From: the human T2T-CHM13v2.0 reference genome, Homo sapiens
NCBI RefSeq assembly: GCF_009914755.1
Contig: NC_060925.1
Direction: 5' to 3' (one strand)
DNA: 64,000 nucleotides
In this document: positions 52,620 through 64,000 of the stretch, one piece after another
How positions within the stretch are numbered: the first letter of the stretch is position 1
Layout: every line of letters begins with the position of its first letter
Notes under the pieces: generated by a model
The model's input: the letters and a program-made list of their open reading frames with translations, nothing else
Told to the model about the DNA's origin: nothing
The model's database searches: none
Translations under genes and position numbers: made by a program

Positions 52620-53480
52620 AATCCTCGGTGGGACCGGCAATAGGGACGCGTCCCCTTTAAGGCGCCAGCTCTCCGGCGGCGGCGGCCGGAAGTGTTGAAG
52701 CCCGGCCTGGCGGCGGCGGTGGCGGTAGCTGCCGTGGCGGCCTCTGCGCATGCTCCGTCGCCTGCCCGCCCTGGCCGCTCGCCGCCCGCCCGCCCGACGG
52801 AGACGGTGAGGAGGGGGAGGGGTGGGCGCGCGGGCGCGGGGTGGGGTGGGGGCGGGGGGGCGGGCGCGGGGGCCGCGCGGCGGCCGGCGAGGGCGGGCGG
52901 GCGCGCAGGGGGCGGGGGGCTGCTGCCTCCGCGGGCGCCTCCCCACGCCCTGTGCGTGCCGCCGCCGCCGCCGGGGAGCGAGCGGACGTCGCGGCGCCGC
53001 GGGGGGGTGGGGGGACGCTGCCGCTGGGTCCGCCCGAGCCGCCGGGCCGCCCCCAGCGCAGCCGGCCGCGCCGCCGGGGCTCGGGCCCCAGACCAGGGCG
53101 GCGGGAACCGGCGAGTCCACCACTGGGGGGGCCCCGGCGCCCCCGGACCGAGGGGCCCGGAAGTACTCGGCTCAGGGGCCAGGAGGGGCCGGAGTGACTC
53201 CGGACTGAGAGGCCCAGGCGCCCAGGACCCCATCGAGGGGTCCGGGGAGCCTGGGGTATCCCCAAAGGCGGGGTCCGGGGAGCACCGGGCCCTTGGATGA
53301 GGAGCTGGTTGGAGGCCTGGGTCCTGCCCAGTGGGAGGGGGACGATAGGTGCTGGAAGCCCGGATGCCCGCCTGGGAGGAGACCCTCTCGGAGCCTTGGC
53401 GGGAGAGCAAGAGTACAGAGTGGGTTCTTCTGAGGAGAGCAGAGTCCAGCTTATCCCGAGGGGCGCGGTAGAGGCCTCGG
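52620..53480 (+). promoter_or_regulatory. GMEB1 CpG-island promoter
   Basis: Very high CpG/GC content; CCCTTTAAGG 52653-52662, ETS CCGGAAGTG 52686-52694, NRF1-like TGCGCATGCTC 52745-52755, GC boxes. Confidence 0.85.
52690..52805 (+). other. GMEB1: GMEB1 non-coding first exon (start approximate); intron 1 runs past the right edge of the window
   Basis: Donor ACG|gtgagg at 52806 followed by a G-rich intron start. Gene identity rests on recalled TAF12-RNU11-GMEB1 synteny; no GMEB1 coding exon is in the window. Confidence 0.75.
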
Positions 53481-53942
53481 CCACTCAGAACAAGGGAAAA
53501 AAGGGCAGGTTTTTTCCAAAGGCAGGGAAGGAAGAGGAGCTCTAAGGGGAAGTGAGCAGGCCCAGGTCTCCCCACAGATGAGCGCGTGGTAGGAAGACTC
53601 CTAGAGCCTCCTGAAGTACGAAAGAGCAGCGTCCAAACCTGAGGGGATGGAAGGTGTCTAGGTGCCTCTTGATGTCTAGGTGGAGAACAAAGTAACCCGC
53701 TCGGTCAGGGGATGGAGAAACCTATCTTTTTGAGAGAAGCAGAGATCGTTGAGGAAAGATGCTTAAGGTGTTCCCGCTTTCTGAAATGACAGGAATTGGC
53801 CAGGTGTTATCTAATTGAGGGGCAGGAGAGATGAAGGCAAAATCTCAACCCGAGGGTCTTTGGAGGATGATCCACAAGACAAGAGGGTGAAGTCTTGACC
53901 TAGACAGCAGAGCAGGCGCAGCCCTGGATTCTCTCAAGATGA

Positions 53943-54687
<745 letters not shown>

Positions 54688-55553
54688 TGATTCGCCTGCG
54701 TTGGCCTCCTAAAGTGCTGGTACTACAGGCGTGAGCCACTGCGCCCGGCGGGGGAAACTTATTCAATGGTTGCACCGTCTCCTAATTTGAGAGCCTTATA
54801 TCAAGGATGTATATTTAATATCTTACTTAAATGATTTTTTTTGGGTTCCTATTTACTTCAGCAAATACATTGTATAGGTAGCTTCTACTCAGCTTCATTG
54901 GGTTTATTGTGGGGGCAGTATTTTGGTCTTGCCCTAAGCCAAAGTCCACCGGACTGTAGCGGGATGACTCCAAATAACTCTTATCCCATCGCTCCCTCAA
55001 ACATCTACATAATAGTCTCCAGTCTGTGACTTAGAATTTCACCTCCTCTGGATACTTCCCTCAGTGTTTCTGCATAATTTACTTGTTGACCTCATTACAT
55101 CTTGTAGCACTATGGATCACCCACTGAATGCATGAGAAGAAATAAAGGGGATATCAAGGAGTTTTGGCCTCAAGTAATAATAAAGTTTTAACTTGGATTT
55201 TTCCCCCCGTTTTAAACAAAACTGTAGTTTAGAGTGGAAATTTCTTTTTTATTTTATTTTTTTGGGGGAACAGAGTTTCCCTCTGTTGCCCAGGTGAGAG
55301 TGCATTGCGGGATCTCAGCTCACTGCAAACTCGATCCTCTCAGCTCAGCCTCCTGAGTAGCTGGGACTACAGGTGCGTGGCACTGCGCCCGCCTAATTTT
55401 GTTAGTTTTCTGGCGGGCGCTGTGATTTATGCCTGTAATGCCAGCACTGTGGGAGGCCGAGACAGGCGGCCTCCCAAAGTGAGCGGCCTCCTCGGCCTCT
55501 CTTTAGCTCGAGTTCCAGACCAGCTTGGGCAACATGGTGAAACCCCGTCTCTA

Positions 55554-55712
<159 letters not shown>

Positions 55713-55875
55713 CTATGTCTCACTAAAAAATAAATAAATAAATATATAAAAAATAAAACGACTACACAGTCTTCAAAAGTTATAATAGAGTGTGGAATAA
55801 ATAAATATTTTGGGCTGGGCGCGGTAGCTCACGCCTGTAATCCCAGCACTTTGGGAGGTGGAGGCGGGCGGATCA

Positions 55876-56088
<213 letters not shown>

Positions 56089-56432
56089 TCAAAAAAAAAA
56101 TTAAATAAATATTTTGGGGTTAGAAAATTTCAGAAAATCTCGTACTCATTTTTACTTTTTTTTTTAACTTTTATTTTTATTTATTTATTTATTTATTTAT
56201 TTATTTTTGAGACGGAGTCTCACTCTGTCGCCCAGGCTGGAGTGCAATGGCGCGATCTTGGCTCACTGCAAGCTCCGCCTCCCGGGTTCACGCCATTCTC
56301 CTCCTCAGCCTCCCGAGTAGCTGGGACTACTCTCGCGCCACCACTCCCAGCTAATTTTTTTTTTTTGTATTTTTTGTAGAGATGGGGTTTCACCGTGTTA
56401 GCCAGGATGATCTCCATCTCCTGACCTCGTGA

Positions 56433-57044
<612 letters not shown>

Positions 57045-58605
57045 TAGTAGAGACGTGGTTTCTCCATGTTGGCCAGCTGGTCTTGAACTCCCCACCTCAG
57101 GTGATCCGCCTGCCTCGGCCTCCCGAAGTGCTGGGATTACAGGTGTGAGCCACTGCGCCCAGCCAGTATTACTCCTTTTTCATTACTAGTTCCAATGTCC
57201 TTCCCTGCAATCATGTGACACTTGTCCATTTTTCGTTTGTTTGTTTTTTTGAGATGGAGTTTCCAGGCTGGAGTGCAGTGGCTGTGGCGCGTTCTTGTCT
57301 CACTGTAACCTCCGCCTCCTGGGTTCAAGCGATTCTCCTGCCTCAGCCTCCTGAGTAGCTGGGATTACAGGCACCCACAACCACGCCTGGCTAATTTTTG
57401 TATTTTTAGTAGAGACGGGGTTTCACCATGTTGGCCAGGCTGGTCTCGAACCCCTGACCTTGTGATCCACCCTCCTTGGCCTCCCAAAGTGCTGGGATTA
57501 CAGGCGTGAGCCACTGCGTGCAGCCTGACACTTGTCCTTATTCAAACATAGCATCTTGCCACATTATAGACATTGGATTTTCAGGACACACAAAAATGAA
57601 TTTAGAGTGGGTCAGAAATCATTTGTTTAGTTTTCTGGTGGCTATATAAGCAGCGATGTGCTTAGTTTCAAAGTGTTGTTTTTGTCTTTGGAAATAACTA
57701 CAGGCTGGGCACAGTCGCTCAGGTCTTTAATCTCAGCACTTTGGGAGGCCGAGGTGAGAGGATTGCTTGAGCCCAGGAGTTTGACACCAGGCTAGGCAAC
57801 ATAGCAAGACCTCATGTCTACAAAGAAGTAAAGAAATTAGGCCAGGCGTGGTGTCTCATGCCTGTCCCAGCACTTTGGGAGGCCGTGGTGGGTGGATCAC
57901 GAGGTCAGGAGTTCAAGACCAGCCTGGCCAACATGATGAAACCCTGTCTCTACTAAAAATACAAAAAATTAGCCAGGCATGGTGGCGGGCACCTGTAATC
58001 CCAGCTACTCGGGAGGCTGAGGCTGAGACAGAATTGCTTGAACTAGGGAGGTGGAGGTTGCAGTGAGCCAAGACCCTGCCATTGCACTCCAGCCTGGGTG
58101 ACAGAGCGAGACTCCGTCTGAAAAAAAAAAAAAAAGTTAATGAAAAAAAGGAAAACAGAAATGAGCAGGGTTGGTGGTTGGTACCCATAGTGCCAGCTAC
58201 TCCAGAGGCTGAGGTGGGAGGATCACTTGAGGCCCCAAGGTCGGGGCTGCAGTGAGCCAAAAACACTGTACTCCACACTGGTCTGGGTGACAGAGGGTGA
58301 CCCTGTCTCAAAAAACAAAACGAAAGAAAACAAAAACCCAAAAAACTACGGAACAGTTAATTTTATTTATTTATTTATTTATTTTTTTGAGACGGAGTCT
58401 CCCTCTGTTCCCCATGTACAAAGGCACAATCTTGGCTCACCTGCAACCTCCGCCTCCTGGGCTCAAGTGATTCTCCTACCTCAGCCTCCCGAGTAGCTGA
58501 GATTACAGACATGGGCCACCACGCTTGGCTAATTTTGTATTTTTAGTAGAGATGGGGTTTCTCCATGTTTGTCAGGCTGGTCTCTTAACTCCCGACCTCA
58601 GGTGA

Positions 58606-59192
<587 letters not shown>

Positions 59193-59385
59193 TAGCCAGG
59201 ATGGTCTTGATCTCCTGACCTTGTGATCCACCTGCCTTGGCCTCCCAAAGTGCTGGGATTACAGGCGTGAGCCACCGCGCCCGGCCCCACAATAGTTAAT
59301 TCTTAAGCATTTCACATAAATTTGGCATATTTCTTTTACATGTGTTCACACAGAATTCCAGAGAGAGATCGGCCGGGGTGGCTCA

Positions 59386-59685
<300 letters not shown>

Positions 59686-60254
59686 TTAAAAAAAGAAAAA
59701 AGAATTCCAGAGAGAGTTGTATGATTTCACAATGCATACTCCAAAGCCCCGAACGATCAACTCACTCATCTTGCCTCAGGAGTTTTTGTTGCTGTAAACA
59801 AGAGCTACTTTTCCATTTACACTCAGCTTAGAGATGACCTTGCATTTAGAGTTGGTTTCAGGTTACCTGCAAGGAATATGGTATTTAGGGTAATGAGTGA
59901 TACTTAACCCAAACTTGCTTCTCTAAAGAAGGTCAGAATTGCCATGTTGAATCAGACCCATGACTTAGAGTGACATTGAGAGATGTATTGTGGATGATTA
60001 TAATTATCCTCTCTGATAAACTCTCAGAAGGCTAGAGAAGAAGCCAGAACATTCCTCTTGGGTACTAATGTATGGTGTGGGTAAAGAGTAAAATGTGAGT
60101 TCCTATTGAGGAAGGTATTAAGAAGTTAGTCAACCATCTATTCAGAATGTTGTAGAGGGGACTTAGCTTAGGGTAGAAAGTTGAAATTAGAAGCATCCTT
60201 CTAAATCTGCTTCTTTAACAATTAACTAACCCATTTTTTTTGCCTAAGGTATTA

Positions 60255-61220
<966 letters not shown>

Positions 61221-61798
61221 TAATTTTTTTTTTCTTTTTTTTTTGGAGATGGAGTATTGCTCTGTCGCCCAGGTTGGAGTGCAGTGGCACGATCTCAGCT
61301 GGGACTACAGGCGCCCATCACCACGTCTGGCTAATTTTTTGCATTTGTAGCAGAGACAGGGTTTCCCCGTGTTAGCCAGGATGGTCTTGATCTCCTGACT
61401 TTGCGATCCGCCTGCCTTGGCCTCCCAAAGTGCTGGGATTACAGGCGTGAGCCACCGTGCCTGGCCCATAATCTGTAATTTTTGAAAATTTAAAGCACAT
61501 TTTTGGAATAATGATTCCATAAGTTTGCTACTTGCCAAAGTATTACATCTTTTAAATTAAATGTGTTATAGCACGGTGCTTGACAATGAGTGCTAGCTCA
61601 ATAAAGGTTAGCTGATTCTTTTAATTCCGCCTACATTTTTATGGTTCAAATTTTGAAGATATTTATGGGTTCAGTTATTCTAGGATTAGATGGTATTTGT
61701 ATGCTTTATCACATTCCTTTTTGGCCTTTTCTAGACTCGAGGGTCTTAATTGTTTTGGTTCTACTGTTGGTAGCCAGCTGAACCAGTTCATTGATTTT

Positions 61799-62261
<463 letters not shown>

Positions 62262-62857
62262 CTAGTGTTTTTGTTTGTTTGTTTGTTTGTTTGTTTTTTG
62301 AGACGGAGTCTCGCTCTGTCGCCCAGGCTGGAGTGCAGTGGCGCAATCTTGGCTCACTGCAAGCTCCGCCTCTGGGGTTCGCCATTCTCCTGCCTCAGCC
62401 TCCCGAGTAGCTTGGACTACAGGGGCCCGCCATCGCGCCTGGCTAATTTTTTGTATTTTTAGTAGAGATGGGGTTTTACCATGTTAGCCAGGATGGTCTT
62501 GATCTCCTGAGCTCATGATCCGCCTGCCTCGGCCTCCCAAAGTGCTGGGATTACAGGTGCGAGCCACCGCGTCCGTCTCTTTTCTAGTTTTATATAATTT
62601 TATTTTGAGGCAGACTCTTGCTTTGTCACCTAAGCTGAAGTGCAGTGGCACGATCTTGGCTCACTGCAACCTCTGCCTCCTGAGTGGCTGGGACTACAGG
62701 TTCACGTTACCACACCCGGTTAATTTTTGTACTTTTAGTAGAGACAGAGTCTCACCATGTTGCCCAGGCTGGTCTTGAACTCCTGAGCTTAGGCAATCCG
62801 CCCACCTCAGCCTCCCAAAGTGCTAGGTATCAGCCACGGTGCCTGGCCCTTTTCTAG

Positions 62858-63007
<150 letters not shown>

Positions 63008-63151
63008 TAATTATGCCTGGCTAATTTTTGTATTTTTAGCAGAGACGGTTTCACCATGTTGGTCAGGATGGTCTCAATCTCTTGATCTCGTGATCCGCCC
63101 GTCTCGACCTCCCAAAATGCTGGGATCACAGGCATGAGCCACCACACCTGA

Positions 63152-63271
<120 letters not shown>

Positions 63272-64000
63272 TGAGTAGATGGGATTACAGGCGCCCACCA
63301 ACACACTTTGCTAATACTTATATTTTTAGTAGAGATGGGGTTTCACCCTGCTGGCCAAGGTGGTCTCGAACTCCTGACCTCAAGTGATCCACCGGTCTTG
63401 GCCTCCCAAAGTATTGGGATTACAGGTGTGAGCCACTGTGCCTGGCCCCTTTCTAGTTTTAAGGCTTCAAGTTGCAGGAGTTCATATTCTGTACTGTAAT
63501 ATCTTGCAGTTAATTTTTTCCCTGCATATCCAATAGTGTCATGTATCTCTTTTCCTTCTGTAGTTTCTCAAGAGCAGGTATTGTTGCTCCTCATATCTAA
63601 GGAATCTAACTCTAGCTGATGTGAGGTAGAGACTCAATATAATATTTGTTGAACTGGCCATAATGATGAGCCATAAGCTGTATAGCTTAGCCTAGCTGCC
63701 TAAGCAAATTTATATCCCTCCCAGATAGGAAGGCAGAAAGTTCTAGAAGGGGCCAGGCATGATGGCTCACACTTTTTTTTTTTTTTTTGAGTGGCAGTTT
63801 CACTCTTGTTGTCCGGGCTGGAGTCCAATGGCACGATCTCGGTTCACCCACCACAACCTCTGCCTCCCGGGTTCAAGCAATTCTCCTGCCTGAGCCTCCC
63901 AAGTAGCTGGGATTATAGGCAAGCGCCACCACGCCTGGCTAATTGTTTTGTATTTTTAGTAGAGATGGGGTTTCTCCATGTTGGTCAGGCTAGTCACCAA

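Noticed and set aside
52505-53575. Long overlapping ORFs (356, 275, 202 and 193 aa) on both strands
   Set aside because: Stop-poor GC-rich CpG island giving low-complexity Pro/Ala/Arg/Gly peptides in every frame.

Overview
Human (primate) genomic DNA, very Alu-dense, recognisable as the TAF12 - RNU11 - GMEB1 locus (chr1p35.3, from recalled synteny). Minus strand: the 5' half of TAF12, with coding exons at 5875-6042 and 1914-1991 and a CpG-island first exon ending at 26957. Plus strand: the U11 minor-spliceosome snRNA gene (32564-32697) with PSE and SPH+octamer DSE, and the CpG-island promoter and non-coding first exon of GMEB1 (~52690-52805). Between them is a decayed MLT2/ERV-L provirus nested in an old L1M and fragmented by Alus. 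Main observation: TAF12 exon 2 begins with 28 stop-free codons in frame with the canonical ATG, and three different upstream exons all join it in phase 0. These are (i) an ATG exon inside the RNU11 promoter, read divergently from U11 (MALEYRLSAA); (ii) an intronic ATG exon at 7907-7991 (MAASHFTGLTAVADVIKDLDTQIA); and (iii) the ordinary first exon, whose in-frame ATG is stopped after 3 codons and followed by ACG/CTG. The RNU11-divergent exon also carries a 13-nt perfect complement of U11 RNA 7 nt before its ATG. The canonical first-exon donor is the last unit of a ~37-bp degenerate repeat array of donor-like motifs. Most ORFs in the supplied track are Alu or GC-rich artefacts. Repeat family names come from recalled consensus sequences, not a database search.
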